From: the human T2T-CHM13v2.0 reference genome, Homo sapiens
NCBI GenBank assembly: GCA_009914755.4
Contig: CP068257.2
Location: forward strand, 15,520,001-15,584,000
Length of the DNA stretch: 64,000 bases
Reading direction: 5' to 3'
The notes under the pieces were generated by a model. That model was not told the origin of the DNA. It ran no database searches and saw nothing but the letters and a program-made list of their open reading frames with translations. The translations under genes were made by a program, and so were the position numbers. Positions 1 through 19,364 of the stretch are shown in pieces (the first letter of the stretch is position 1; the number at the start of each line of letters is the position of its first letter).

Positions 1-4090
<4,090 letters not shown>

Positions 4091-4626
4091 GGTGAAAAAG
4101 ACACAAAGGAAAAAAATATTTTGCATTTTGACTATAGAATTAGCAACAGGAAGGCATTTTAATTAAGGTTACACTCATTTCATATTATATTTTCTAATCT
4201 GTTATTGTTATGAGGCATATGTGCTCCTGGCAATACGGTGAAGAGAATCTCTCTGAATATTGATCTTTCTTCCTGAGGGAAAGTGCTCATGATTTCTATG
4301 GCGAGACTAGTGGGGGCCATGGAGTGAAGTGGCACAACGAAGAGTTAGAACCGTATACAGAAAAAAAATTACAACTTTCATAGCAGATAAGACATCTAAA
4401 GCCTAGTGACAGTAAACAACATATTCAAGATCACCCAATATTAGTAATTAAGTCAGCAACAATGACAAGACGGGAACTTGAAAGAAAATTTATCATGACA
4501 TAACTCACACACCTCTTAACTGAAGTGGCCTTATAAAGGATTAGAGCTAAATAGCCACCTGTTGTTTGAGCAGTGAGTTAAAGGAGAGCAGTACTTTGCT
4601 GAAACAATGGCTTAAGGAAGCAGTGA

Positions 4627-5029
<403 letters not shown>

Positions 5030-5678
5030 ATGAGTTGAAAGTTTTCTAAGCAAAGCTTTCAACTATCCACAGCACCTAAACAGAGAAGTCAAGACACAAC
5101 CACGCACTACAAAAAGCCAATATCGTTGACCATCATGAAATCATTGTTATATGAGTACCAAATATGGAAAGACTCTAGGGCGTGCTTTCTACTTTCTTGC
5201 TCCTTTAGATGAGGTGTGACCATGTGACTGGCATTCACCAAGAAATACAAATAGAAGTGGCATGAAATACTTTGGGGCAGAAATTTTAAGTGTCAGTATG
5301 CAGTTTGCATAAGAGAATGAATTCACTTTGATAATGCATAAAAATAGCAAGAATTCTAGCAACCCGAGAGGAAAAGTCAATGATCTCTAACTATTGAGTG
5401 ATAAAAGCTGTACTTGATGCAAGCCTATTAATAGAGGGTGAGAATTAGAAGACAGGTACACAAATATGACATCGAACTACAGAAGACAGTGGGACAAGAA
5501 CACTATAGAATGAAAAAGTGAATCAGGAGAACAAAGGGAACAGGTATTCAAACAAAACCAGATTCAAAGTTTGAGAAAATTGTGTCTCTTTATAAGATGA
5601 AATACAAATTTTATTAGAGCTCCAAGATTATTAATTATACTTGTTTACAATTAGGCTTCATCACATAATGTAGGATTT

Positions 5679-5876
5679 CCTTTTTAAAAATTATTTGTAG
5701 AAATTTATAGGGTACAAGTGCAATTTTCTTACATGGGTAGATTATGTAGTGGTGAAGTTAGAGCTTTTACTGTATCCATCACCCAAATAGTGTACATTGT
5801 ATCCATTAAGTAATCTCTCATCATCCACCCTCCTTTCATCCCCTCGCCTTTCCAAGTATCCATTGTCTATCATCCA
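5679..5876 (-). mobile_element. Short L1 3'-end fragment (older L1PA/L1PB/L1MA type), minus orientation, flanked by an approximately 20 bp TSD.
   Basis: The sequence 'gggtacaagtgcaattttcttacatg...catcacccaaatagtgtacattgtatccattaagtaatctctcatcatccaccctcc' matches the reverse complement of old-L1 3'UTR and is nearly the same as the 24930-25110 fragment. The flanking repeats are 'catcacataatgtaggatttcc' (5657-5678) and 'catcacacaatgtaggatttct' (5877-5898). Confidence 0.55.
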
Positions 5877-7446
5877 TCACATCACACAATGTAGGATTTC
5901 TCTTGCTACCGTTAAAGTCCACTCCAGAGCAAGACCCTGACACTAAAAAAAAAAAAAGTCAGAAAAGAAATAAAAAAGAAAAGTTACAAATATTTATCCA
6001 CTTTCCAACGGCTGTTCAAAGTTATACTGCCCAGAGTAAGCAAACCAGAAAAACAGCATCAGGTATATGGTGTTGCTCTGCCCAAATTTGTTTCTGTTGG
6101 TGTGGTGCACCTCATGAAATAGATGGCCTCTAGAGCACTTGTCAGTTTTAGAACATGATGGATCTAGATTTCACTAATGAGGTATTCCAGAAGCTGAATA
6201 TATCAGGAGTCTTATCTCACAGATATGTATATATTTATAATTGCTTTAGTTTGATCTAGTGCTTACTATCATGTTGGCTACTATGTACTGTCTGCTAGCT
6301 TTCAAGTTCTGTATTCACTTGAAATGCCCATCTTATAAAAGCAGTGGTATATTATGACATACAATGATTTTAGGAAACTCCACTGAAGAAATAAATTTAG
6401 AATTCTGTCATGTAAGATTTTAAAAATCAAAAACTACTGGGGCTTTTCCTAGAGATTATCATTATTCCTTTTTATTAATAATAACTTCTAGCCCTTATGG
6501 ACTGTATTACTATGTTCATGTTCAACTAGACAATGGTGAGGTTGAAATCTAAAGACATTTTTCAAAGGAAGACTGTGCTCTTTTCTTTATAGCACACTGC
6601 CTCTATTTTATTAAGCAAGGGTAACTAAAAGGTTGTCTTACAATCTTACAAAAGATGGTCTGTCAGATTCCTTCCCTTATTCTTAGCCAATTCTAATTGT
6701 GGTAGATTTGTTTTTGTCTGGTGAGTTTTATGTTTTTTATTTACACCTCTTTGTTCTTGGTTTCATTATCAATAATTTCTTAAATTTGGAGGAGGTCAGA
6801 CAGTTACCTAGCCTCTGGGGACTCAACTATGGTCCCTTCTCTCAATGATTTTAAGATGTGGTGAAAAAATTCACTACCTGGTGAAGCTAAAGTGCAGGAT
6901 TTCTTCACTGTTCTCTGAGTATGCATGATTGTCAGATATATCAACTTTCAGATAATGAACACATGGCACCATTGTTGTCTCTGAGACTTGAGGATGAGGT
7001 GAGGAAAACCATCAATAGTGGTTGAATTTCTACGATTCCAGGATTCCTATAAACCATGGACGAGATGTCGTAGAGAGGGTATAAGTGGAGGGCAGGATGT
7101 AGAGTTCCACTTGTATGTGAAACTCTGAGCTTTTGACTCCTGATACATAATTGGATATAAACAGCTTTTCTATTTGTAAAGGGGAAGGCATTAGGAGCTT
7201 TTCAGTAAAGACTTGCATGTCTAAAAAAGAAAATGGGGGAAGTATTTTTTGGTCCAAAACACCACAAAAAATAAAAGTAATAACTTTCAAACAGGATTAA
7301 TATGAGTTATGTCTACAGAAGAAGAGAGGTGACTAATAAATTTTACACCTCAATGTACTCTCTTATTTTAATATGAATGTGTAGTATATGGCTTTCTCAC
7401 AGGATTCTCACAACACATCTTCAATGTTCACTGAGGACTTCTTGCT

Positions 7447-8319
7447 TGTTTTTATTATTATTATTATACTTTAAGTTTTACGGTACATGTGCACAATGTG
7501 CCAGTTAGTTACATATGTATACATGTGCCATGCTGGTGTGCTGCACCCATTAACTCGTCATTTAGCATTAGGTATATCTCCCAATGCCATCCCTCCCCCC
7601 TCCCCCCACCCCACAACAGTCCCCAGAGTGTGATGTTCCCCTTCCTGTGTCCATGTGTTCTCATTGTTCAATTCCCACCTATGAGTGAGAATATGCGGTG
7701 TTTGGTTTTTTGTTCTTGCGATAGTTTACTGAGAATGATGATTTCCAATTTCATCCATGTCCCTACAAAGGACATGAACTCATCATTTTTTATGGCTGCA
7801 TAGTATTCCATGGTGTATATGTGCCACATTTTCTTAATCCAGTCTATCATTGTTGGACATTTGGGTTGGTTCCAAGTCTTTGCTATTGTGAATAGTGCTG
7901 CAATAAACATACGTGTTCATGTGTCTTTATAGCAGCATGATTTATAGTCCTTTGGGTATATACCCAGTAATGGGATGGCTGGGTCAAATGGTATTTCTAG
8001 TTCTAGATCCCTGAGGAATCGCCACACTGACTTCCACAAGGGTTGAACTAGTTTACAGTCTCACCAACAGTGTAAAAGTATTCGTATTTCTCCACATCCT
8101 CTCCAGCACCTGTTGTTTCCTGACTTTTTAATGATTGCCATTCTAACTGGTGTGAGATGGTATCTCATTGTGGTTTTGATTTGCATTTCTCTGATGGCCA
8201 GTTGATGGTGAGCATTTTTTCATGTGTTTTTTGGCTGCATAAATATCTTCTTTTGAGAAGTGTCTGTTCATGTCCTTCACCCACTTTTTGATTGGTTGTT
8301 TGTTTTTTTTCTTGTAAAT
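7447..8319 (-). mobile_element. L1PA (young) 3' segment, minus orientation. Covers the ORF2 C-terminus, the 3'UTR and a (TTA)n tail, roughly L1 positions 5125 to the end.
   Basis: Reverse complement of the L1 3' end: '...ggtacatgtgcacaatgtgccagttagttacatatgtatacatgtgccatgctggtgtgctgcacccattaactcgtcatttagcattaggtatatctcccaatgcc...'. Minus-strand ORFs 7668-7910 and 8143-8331 are L1 ORF2 C-terminus (MFIAALFTIAKTWNQPKCPTMIDWIKKMWHIYTMEYYAAIKNDEF..., ...[28 protein letters not shown]...). The tail 'ttattattattatta' sits on the left. Confidence 0.85.
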
Positions 8320-8456
8320 ACAGACAAGCAAATGCTGAGAGATTTTGTCAGCACCAGGCCTGCCCTAAAAGAGCGCCTGAAGGAAGCACTAAACATGGAA
8401 AGGAACAACCGGTACCAGCCACTGCAAAATCATGCCAAATTGTAAAGACCACCAAG
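8320..8456 (+). mobile_element. L1 ORF1 3'-terminal fragment in the opposite (plus) orientation, abutting the minus-strand L1 segment. This is the inverted 5' piece of the same insertion.
   Basis: ORF 8260-8445 ends ...DKQMLRDFVSTRPALKERLKEALNMERNNRYQPLQNHAKL*, which is the C-terminus of L1 ORF1p. The nucleotides 'acagacaagcaaatgctgagagattttgtcagcaccaggcctgccctaaaagagc...caaaatcatgccaaattgtaaagacc' match the ORF1 end and the start of the spacer. Confidence 0.7.
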
Positions 8457-9296
8457 GTGTGTTTTTAATTGATGGGATAAAGTAGGTACAGAGAACGAAT
8501 AAGCACATGGAATTGCAAAGGTTGCTTTGAAGCATGCTCTATTAAGTGCCTATTATATATAATTTCAAATGGAGTTGGAGAGCCATAAAATCCTATAAGC
8601 ACCTTTTAATTAAATTTAATCTATAATTAATTCATAATTTAATTCATATTTTAATAGGACTGATTTTAGGCTTCATATTTATAGAAAACAATAAAAATTG
8701 TGATTAATATAGGGAAAAAATGATCAGAAGAAGGCCAAAGATAACATCCATTGCAAAGGCATTTTTGAGAAGAAGACTGTATAACATCCATGCAAAAGAG
8801 CTCATAAACACTAACTGCATAACTAGTGTTTAAAATAAGAGGTTTAGAGAAGCCAAATAAATAATTTCCAAGTAGAAGGGGCGGAAAAACTTCATTTATA
8901 GGGTGCCAGGATATTAGTCTGGAATCAACATGTAGAAAATCCCAGACAAGGATATGAAGAAGATTGTTAACACGAGGCTATTTAAGAATGGAGAAAAAAA
9001 AAAAAAAAGAACTCCCTGTTAGGTAAAAATTTTCCTTTCCTTAGGGTATTAGAGTGGCCAGTTAATTATCTGCCCTCTTCATCAACTTTATAAAACATTT
9101 TTTGAGTCCTTACTAGGACCAGCACTTATGCTATGATAGGATCACATTGATTGTGTCATTTAGTATTAACAATAGCACTTGCAGATCGTAACTGTCATTA
9201 TCTCTCCATTTTTCCCGGTGAGGAAACTAAAGCTTTAAGATATTTCTAAATACTCAAGCTTGATAATGTATTTTTATAATTTTATGACAATAATAG

Positions 9297-9640
<344 letters not shown>

Positions 9641-11098
9641 AGTGAAACAAAATTTTTGTACAATTTTGAAATGAAGTTTGTATTAATCCAAACTGGGTAT
9701 TTGAAAGTTATAATTATTAAATATAAGCTCTAGGGCAACTAATAACAAAATATCTTTTAAAATATAGTAAAAGAGGCAATAAGGAAATTGAAGTGATATA
9801 CTAGAAAATGTCTATTTTTAAAAAATAAGGCAGCAATGGAGGAATCGAGGAACAAAAAAGACATGAAACACAAACCAATACCAACATGGTGAACATAAAT
9901 CCAACCTTTCCAGTAAAAGCATTAAATGTAAATGGATGAAACACTTCATTCAAAGGACAGAGACTGACAAAACAAATAAAAGCAAAAATGATCTAATTAT
10001 ATACTATCTACAAGAGACACACATTAGATTCAAAGACATATAAATTGAAATTAAAGGATGAAACAGTGTATATCATGCAAATAGTAAACAAAAGAGAACT
10101 CAAGTAGCTATATCAACATAAATCATTCACACACTCTTCCAAAAAAAAGATGAGAAACACTTCCCAGTTTATTTGACCAGTATTACCATAATACCAGTCC
10201 AAAGAAATCATAACCCAAAAAAATAAATAAAATAGACTGTAAAAGAAAAAGTGAAACCAGAGACAAAAATGGGCATATTGTAATGATAAACAGGCAAGCC
10301 ATCTGGAAGACAAAGCAATTAAAAACATGTATGCACTAATGAAAGCACCTCAAATACATGAAGCAAAAAAAAAAACCAGTATTGAATGGAGAAATGGACA
10401 ATTCAACAAAACAATTTATGACTTTAATACCTCACTTTCAGTAATGGGTAGAAAAACTAGGCAAAATATCAGCCAGGAAACAGATGCTTGAACAATACTG
10501 TAAACCAACTATATCTAACAGAAATATATAGAATATTGCCCAACAACGGCAGAATACACATTCTACTTAAATGTGCATGGAACATTCTCTGTTATAGACC
10601 ACATGTTAGGTCATAATCAAGCCTCAATAAATATAAAATGATTAAAATCACACAAAGTGTGTTTCTCAACCATGATGGAATGAAATTAGAAACCACCTAC
10701 CAAAATAAATTTGGGAAATTCACAAATATGTAGAAATTAAACAACATCCTTGTAAAAGAAGGGTCAAAGAAGAAATCTCAGGCAAATTACAAATATTCTG
10801 AGATGAATGAAAACAAAAACAAAACATCACCAAAATTTACAAATGCTGCTAAAGTAGTCCTTAGAGGAAAATTTACAGTTGTAAATGCCTGTGTTATAAA
10901 GAAAAGTTCTTAAATCAATAACAGTCTTCTACCATAGGAAACCAAAAAAAATATATAAAAAAAAGAGTAAACTAAAACCAAAGCAAGCAGAAGGAAGGAA
11001 ATAATAAAGATGCAAGCAGAAACAAGTAAAATAGATAATACAAAAAAAACTTTAAAAATAAACAAAATCATATTTGCTTTTTTGAAAAAGCCAACGTT

Positions 11099-11459
<361 letters not shown>

Positions 11460-14400
11460 TTATTAAAATCAGGAGTGAAAAAGGGACTTCACTGCCAAAC
11501 TTATAGAACTTTTATTTTTAAAGATTATAAGAGAATGATTTGAACAATTGTAAGCTAAAAAAAATTTGATAACCTAGACGAAATGGACAAATTTCTGAAA
11601 AGATGCAAAATTGATTCTAAAAGAAACAGAAATCTGAGTAGATCTTCACAAACTCTTCCAAAAAAAAATAGAAGATGAGAAAACACTTCCCATTTTATTT
11701 TATTTGACCAGTATTACCATAATACTAAACCAAAGAAATCACAACAACAAAGAAACCCACAGACCAATGTTTCTTATGAACATTAATGCAAAATCTTCAA
11801 ATGCCAGCAAACCAAAGTGACACTTAAAAAAAGTTATATACCATGACTAACTGGGATTTAGCTCAACGGTACAAATTTGCCCTAATATATGAAAATCAAC
11901 TAATGTGATACACCGTATTAACACGATGAAAACTAAAAGCACATGATCATTTCTATAGATAAAGTAAAATCCTCTGACATAACGTAACATTGCTTCGTGA
12001 TAAAAACACTCATTAAACTAGAAACAGAAGGAAACTTTTTCAACTGCATAAAGGCCATCTACAAAATAACAACAGCTAAAATTATATCTAATTGTGAAAG
12101 ATTGAATGCTTTCCTTCTAAAATCAAGAAATAGAAATAAAATCATCCCTATTCAGGATCTTGCATTTAGAAAATGCTAAGAAATTGACGCAAAAAATTAT
12201 TAAAACTAGTAAGTATAGCAAAGTTGCAGAATACAAGCTCAATATACAAAGATTAATTGTATTTTTGTACATCACTAATATATAATCTGAATAAGAAATT
12301 AAGAAAACAATTATATTTACAAAAGTATCAGAATAAAATAGGAATAAATTTAACAAAAAACATGGATCATTTGTACACCAGAAACTATACAACATAACTG
12401 AGAAAACATATGGAAGACAGGAGGCAGGACTCACTTGTAGCTCCCACTCAGATTAACAGAACCACATGTGGAGACTCACATTATGAACTTTTGCTCCAAG
12501 ACATACTGCAGGAACATACTGGGAAAACAAACAAACAAACAAAAGATTACAGACCTTTTGAAAGAAGCAGCTTCCTGCTGCAAATTCTGTGATGTGAGAC
12601 AGTTGAAAAACTCAGCGCCCAAAGTGTGAGAGGGAGAAAGCCCACATCTGAACACAGATTCTCCCTGGGGAACCTGAAAATCAAGATCACAGGAGAAAGA
12701 CTTAACCTTACCTAAAGCTGAAACAAATTTAGAGAGCCAAGTGAAATATAAAAGCAGAAGAAGCAGTGAGAAGAGCTGGTCCAACAGGACTCTTGGTCCC
12801 CAGGGAAGCTATTTCTGACTTCATCTCACAGGGTTCCTTTGGGAGGACTGCCAGTAGACCTGGGGAAGGACCACAGGAAGCAGAAAACTTCCCGGTGAAC
12901 TCTTTAATAATTTTGAACTAGCACGAAATTTCCAGGGCAGAATTGGTGGGGGGTGGGGGCGGTGAATGTGAAGAGCAGGTACAAGCACAAAAGACATGGC
13001 AGGCAGGGATGGAAAAGGCCTGAAAGCCCAGCTTGCTTTCTCAGTGGGGAGGTTTGTAGTCTGGGACAATAACTCAGCCCTGCTCACTGGCCGTCTGGAT
13101 GTAAACTCGGTGCTGTTGTTGGGGCATGGTGAAAGTGAGCTTTTCTGGCTACATAAGAGCTGGGAGAGGCAGATCACTGCTGGCATTCCCCCACTTCTCT
13201 GGTGACCTGTATGATGCAGCAGAGGAAGCCATAATCTCCCCATATTACCTCTCTGAAGAAAGAACTTAAGAGCTCAAAGACAAAGCATTCAAATTAACCT
13301 AATCCAACAAAGACAAAGAAAAAAAGTTTGAAAAACATGAACAAAGCCTCCAAGAAGTTTGGGATTATGTTAAACAACCAAACCTAAATAATTGGTGCTC
13401 AGGAGAAAGATGATAAATCTAAAAATTTGGAAAACATATTTGAGAGAATAATCAAGGAATACTTCCCTGGCCTTTCTAGAGATCTAGACATACAAGTACA
13501 AGAAGCTCAAAGAACACCTGGGGAATTCATCACAAAGAGATCTTTACCTAGGTACATAGTCATCAGGTAATCTAAAGTCAAAACAAAAGAAACAATCTTG
13601 AGAGCTGTGAGGCAAAAGCATCAGGTAGCCTGTAAAGGAAAACCTATCAGACAAACAACAGATTTTTTAGCAGAAACCCTACAAGCTAGAAGTGATTGGG
13701 GTCCTATCTTTATCCTCCTTTAAAAAAAAAAATTATCAGCCAAGAATATTGTATCCAGCAAAATTAAGCTTCATTAATGAGTAAAAGATAAAGTCTTTTT
13801 CAAACAAACAAATGCTGACAGCATTTGTCACTGCCAAATGAATACTAAAAGAATTACTAAAAGGGGTTCCAAATTTTGAAACAAATTCTCAAAATACACC
13901 AAAATAGAAACTTCTTAAGGTTCTTAAAGCACAAATCTCACAGGGCCTGTAAAACAATAACACAATAAAAAAAAAAAAAAACAAGGTATTCAGGCAACAA
14001 ATGGCATGATGAATAGAAAAGTACCTCACATCTCAATACCAACATTGAATATAAATGGTCTAATCGCTCAACTTAAGAGATACAGAATGGCAGAATGGAT
14101 AAAAATTCACCAAGCAAGATTCTGCTGTCTTCAAGAAACTCACCTAACATAAAAGGATTTACATAAACTTAAGGTTAAAGGGTAGAAAAATATATTCCAT
14201 GCAAATGAACACCAAGAGCCAACAGAAGTATCTATTCTTATATTAGACAAAACAGACTTTAAAGAAAGAGTAGTTAAAAAGACAAAGATGTATATTATGT
14301 AATGATAACAGGACTAGTCCAACAGAAAAATATCATAATTCTAAATATATATGCACCTTACAGTGGAGATTCCAAATGTGAAAAACAATTACTACTAGAC

Positions 14401-16589
14401 CCAAGAAATGAGATAGATAGCATATAATAATAGTGGGGACTTTAGTACCCCACTGACTGAACTCTCATCAAGACAGAAAGTCAACAAAGAAACAATGGAC
14501 TTAAACTATATCCTTCAACAAATGGACTTAACAGATATTTATAGAACATTGTATACCCAATGATTGCAGAATATACATTCTATTCATTAGCACATAGAAC
14601 ATTCTCCAAGATAGACCATACGATACACCACAAAACAAGTCTCAATAAATTTAAGAAAATCAAAATTGTACCAAGAACTCTTTCAGACCACAGTGGAATA
14701 AAATTGGAAATCAACTCCAAAGGGAACCCTCAAAAACATGCAAATACAAGGAAATTAAATAGTCTGCTCCTAAATGATCCTTGGGTCAACAATACAATCA
14801 AGACAGAAATTAAAAATTTGTTTGAACTGAATGATAATAATGACACAACCTAACAAAACCTCAGGGATAGAGCAAAAGAGGTGCTAAAAGGAAAGTTCAT
14901 AGCATTAAATGTCTACATCAAAAAGTCTGAAAGAACACACATATGCCATCTAAGGTCATGCCTTGAGGAACTATAGAAACAAGAACAAACCAAACCCAAA
15001 CCCAAACCCTACAGAAGAAAAGAAATAACAAAGATCAGAGCAGAACTAAATGAAACTGAAACAAAAATAAATACAAAAGATAAATGAAAGAAAAAGCTGG
15101 TTCATTGAAAAGATAAACAAAACTAACAGAACATTAGTGAGATTAACCAAGACAAGAAGAGAGAAGATCCAAATAAGCTCAATTAGAAACAAAACAGAAA
15201 ATACCACAGAAATACAAAAGATCATTCAAGGCTACTATAAACACTTTTATGTGCATGAACTGAAAAACCTAGAGGAAATGGATAAATTCCTGGAAATATA
15301 AAACCCTCCTAGATTAAAACAGGAATAGAAACTCTGAACAGACCAAAAACAAATAGCAAGATTGAAATGGTAATTTAAAAATTGCCAACAAAAAAAAAAT
15401 CTAGGACCAGATGGATTCACAGCTGAATTCTATCAGACATTCAAAGATTTGATACCAATCCTATTGAAACTATTTCAAACGATAGAGAAAGAGGGACTCT
15501 CCCTAATTATGTTATGGAGCCAGTGTCACCCTACTACCAAAACCAGGAAATAACATAACAAAAAAAGAAAACTAGAGACAAACGTCTCTGATGAATGTTA
15601 ATGCAAAAATTCTCAACAAAATATTAGCTAACCAAATCCAACAGCATATCAAAAAGATAATCCACCATGATCAAGTTGGTTTCATACCAGGGATTCAAAG
15701 ATGGTTTAATATACATAAATCAATAAACATGATACACCACATAAACAGAATCAAAAAGAAAAATCACATGATCATCTCAATAGATTCAGAAAAGCATTTG
15801 ATAAAATCCAACATTGCTTTATGATTAAAACTCTCAGTAAAACTGGTGTAGAAGGGACATACCTTAAAGTAATAACAGATATCTATGACAGACTCACAGC
15901 CAACATTATACTGAATGTGATAGTGTTAAAAGCATTCCCCTGAGAACTTCGACAAGCCAAGAATGCCCACTTTCACCACTTCTATTCAACATAGTATTGG
16001 AAGTCCTACCCAAGGCAATCAGAGAAGAGAAAAATAAAGGGTATCCAAATCGGTAAAGATGAAGTCAAACTGTTGCTGTTCACCAATGATATTATCATAT
16101 AACTAGAAAACCCCAAAGACTCATCCAAAGAGCTCCTAGGTCTGATAAATGAAAGTTTCAGGATACAAAATCAATGTACATAAATCAGTAGCACTGCTAT
16201 ACACCAAGGGCAACCAAGCTGAGAATCAACTGATAGGGACAGGAGGCAGGGAAATTCTGGGTAGAAGAGGGCAGGTGCCCAGTGAGGGCCCTGCTGATTC
16301 TCATCAAATCCCTGGTCTATCATGGATAGCTTGGTATAATTGAGAGGCTTAATTCTAGTCCTCCATTATGCACACCTGAAAGTGTCTCCTCTTCCATTCT
16401 CCCATCTCATCATTGGGATCCCATTTAGGGTCATCCAATGGTACTGTTTCTCTTCCAGTTGGATAAAGTTTGACCCCTTCCCTGACACTATATGTGATAC
16501 AAAGCTCAATCCTTTCTGGAAAGGCTAAGAAGGGCTTTGATAAAGCACACCTCTCTATCTCCTGATTCAGTTGAGGGACACTTAATCCC

Positions 16590-17100
16590 TAAATGTATTT
16601 AAAAATCCATGTATTACTAAAAAATAAGTGTATTACTCAGGTATCCCCTGATATCAGGAGGAAGCTGCAGAAATGGGCCCTGAGACCAGATAGTACTTTA
16701 GAGAACCTCCTGAAAGTGACCACTTCCATCTTTTATAATAGAGATAGGGAAACCCAAGAGAGAGAGAGGAGACACAGGAAAGAGGCAGAGGCTTCAATGG
16801 CCACCATGCAAGCCCACAAACCCAGAATCCCTGAGGTGCACCTCTTAACTGCTACAGATGTGGTAAGCCAGGAAATTTTAGGAAGAATTCCCCAGGCAGC
16901 ATGAGGAACCCACCTTGACCCTGTCCAATCTGCAAAGGGGACCACTGGAAGGTGGACTGTCACCAGGGACACTGGTAACTGGGTTCAGAGCCAATCGCCC
17001 AAATGGTCCAGCAGGACTGATGGCTCCCAGGGTTCCTCTTTCCAGCTCCAGTGGTCCAGACCACCACTACCATCCAGGAGCTCCAGATAATTTTGGAAAC
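16590..17100 (+). pseudogene. ERV gag C-terminal region (capsid C-terminus plus nucleocapsid with two zinc knuckles), decayed.
   Basis: ORF 16593-16904 plus a frame-shifted continuation. CCHC-type knuckles are visible at about 16848-16890 and 16920-16960. Confidence 0.6.
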
Positions 17101-17559
17101 TGAATAGAGAAAAGTGGATCTCCCTCTGCACACCATGGCTGGTCTCTCAGTTCTCCTCTCCAATCTGAGCTCCCTCTACTCTCTTAGCATAACTAGTGAG
17201 GGGTGTCTCAGGAAGTCCTTTAATCCCATATTCTTCCCAACCCATTAATTGTAGTTCAGGAGACCTCTTGTTCACCCATGCCTTTCTAATTATCCCTGAA
17301 AGCACCAACTCCTCTGTTGGGTAGGAATATTCTGACCCATATGGGGACCACCATCCTGATGGCCACAGGACAAACTCTTTCTCTCTCCCTAGTGGAGACT
17401 AATATTAACCCAGAAGTTTGGGCAATTCAAGGGAAAATTGGCTGAGCCACAACCACCATACCGGCTGGGTCCACCTTAAGGCTCTCACCTCCTTTCCTAA
17501 CCAGAAACAATAGCCCCTGAAACCAGAAGTTAAGAAAGGACTAGAAGCCATTATTGATA

Positions 17560-18600
17560 ACTTAAGGTTGCAAGGCCTCCTCAAACCCTGGAACAGCCCT
17601 TTAATACCCCAATATTCAGGGCACAAAAACCCAGTTGGGAATGGAGACTAGTTCAGTACCTCCACCTCGTTAATGAGGCTGTGGTTCCAATTCACCTGGT
17701 GGTTCCCAATCCACATTCCCTACTAGCTCAAATACCTAAGGAAACTAAATAGTTCACAGTCCCAGACCTAAAGGATGCCTTCTTCTGCCTACCATTGCAC
17801 CCCAACTCCCAATATTTGTTTGCATTTGAGGATCCCTCCAAATAAACCACCCAGTTAACCTGAATGATGTTACCTCAGGGACTCTGAGATGGCCCCCACG
17901 TGTTTGGACAGGCATTGTCAAGAGAACCCTCTGAGTTACTTTATCCTCAGGTGAAAGTTTTACAGTATGTAGATGACATACTTCTCTGAACTTCAACTGA
18001 GGAAATCTCTCAGGAGGGCAGTAAGGCTCTTCTTAATTTCCTGGCTAACAGAGAATACAAGGTTTCAAAATCTAAAGCTCAGCTCTGTCAGACTTAAGTG
18101 AAGTACCTAGGTCTGGTCTTGGCAGAGTGGACCAGGGCATTGAGCAAAGAAAGGATTAATCCCATTTCCTCCTTTCCTTTCCCCAAAACACTCAAGCAAC
18201 TGAGGGGATTCTTAGGCATTACAGGATTCTGCAGACTATGGATACCTGGGTACAGTGAATAGCTCATCCCTTATATCACCTAATAAAGGAGATTTGGATA
18301 GCTAAAACTCACTAATTTGGGAACCAGAGGCTAGAAAAGCCTTTGACCAACTGAAACAAGCCTTGCTTAAGGCAATACTCCTTAGTCTTCCCATAGGGAA
18401 GATGTTTAATCTTTATACCTCAGAAGGAAAGGGAATGGCCTTGGGAGTTCTAACCCACATCTGGGGTCCAGCCCAGAAACCTGTAGGCTACCTAGGTAAG
18501 GAGCTTGATTTTGTAGCCAAAGGAGAGCTGGCTTGCCTCCAGGCAGTTGCAGCAGTAGCCTTTCTGGTTACCAGAGGTTACTGAGTTAACCATAGGGAAT
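17560..18600 (+). pseudogene. ERV pol reverse transcriptase domain, decayed by frameshifts and stops.
   Basis: RT motifs listed above; YVDD box at 17965-17979; connection-domain ORF 18363-18584. Confidence 0.65.
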
Positions 18601-18867
18601 AACTTAACCATCTATACTCTGCATAATGTGGCAGGACTTTGGTTTTCTAAGGGGAGTCTCTGGCTAATGAATAACTGCCTCCTCAGGTATCAAGCTCTGC
18701 TATTAGAGGGATCTGCAGTCCAAACAAGGACTTGTCCATCCCTAAATTCAGCCACCTTCCTCCCAGCGGAAGCTGAGAGCTTGAACATGACTGTGAACAG
18801 ATAGTAGTATCCAGCCAGAGAGGGCCTCTAGGAAACCCCCTTAGAGAACCCAGACAAAATTCTCTTT

Positions 18868-19158
18868 ATGAGTGGAAATTCTTTTGTAAAACAAGAGATC
18901 CATAAAGCATGGTATGCTATAGTTATTCTGACTGATATTTTTGAGAGCTCGTCTCTCTCCTTGGGAACAAGAGCTCAACTAGCTGAGCTCATTGCCCTCA
19001 CGAGGGCACTCAAATTAAGCAAAGGGAAAGCAGTTAACATTTACGCTGATTCTAAGTATCCTTTCCTAGACCTCCATGCCCATGCTGCTATCTGGAAAGA
19101 GAGAAACTTTCTCACAGCTAATGGGTCTCCCATTAAATACCAACAGGAAATTAATTGA
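18868..19158 (+). pseudogene. ERV pol RNase H domain remnant.
   Basis: ORF 18868-19158 ...ALTRALKLSKGKAVNIYADSKYPF...HAAIWKERNFLTANGSPIKYQQEIN, compared with the MLV sequence [54 protein letters not shown]. Confidence 0.55.
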
Positions 19159-19364
19159 CTATCATCCTCAGTTTTCATCCCATAGGAAGTAGCAGTAACA
19201 CAATGTGAAGGCCCCCAAAAGGAATGGATAAAGTAACTGAGGGAAATAGGTTGGAAGACTAAGCAGCTAAGTCAGCAGAGAGAGGGCCTCAGATTTCTGA
19301 TCCACTTGAAGCCCCACTGGTCTGGGAGGGCCTCATAGGAGAAATAAAACTTCAGTATTCTCCT

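Noticed and set aside
12821-13243. 140-codon minus ORF and a 69-codon plus ORF in the same place.
   Set aside because: They fall in the 5'UTR of the L1PB-like element. Old L1 5'UTRs are GC-richer and commonly give chance ORFs. No motif is present.
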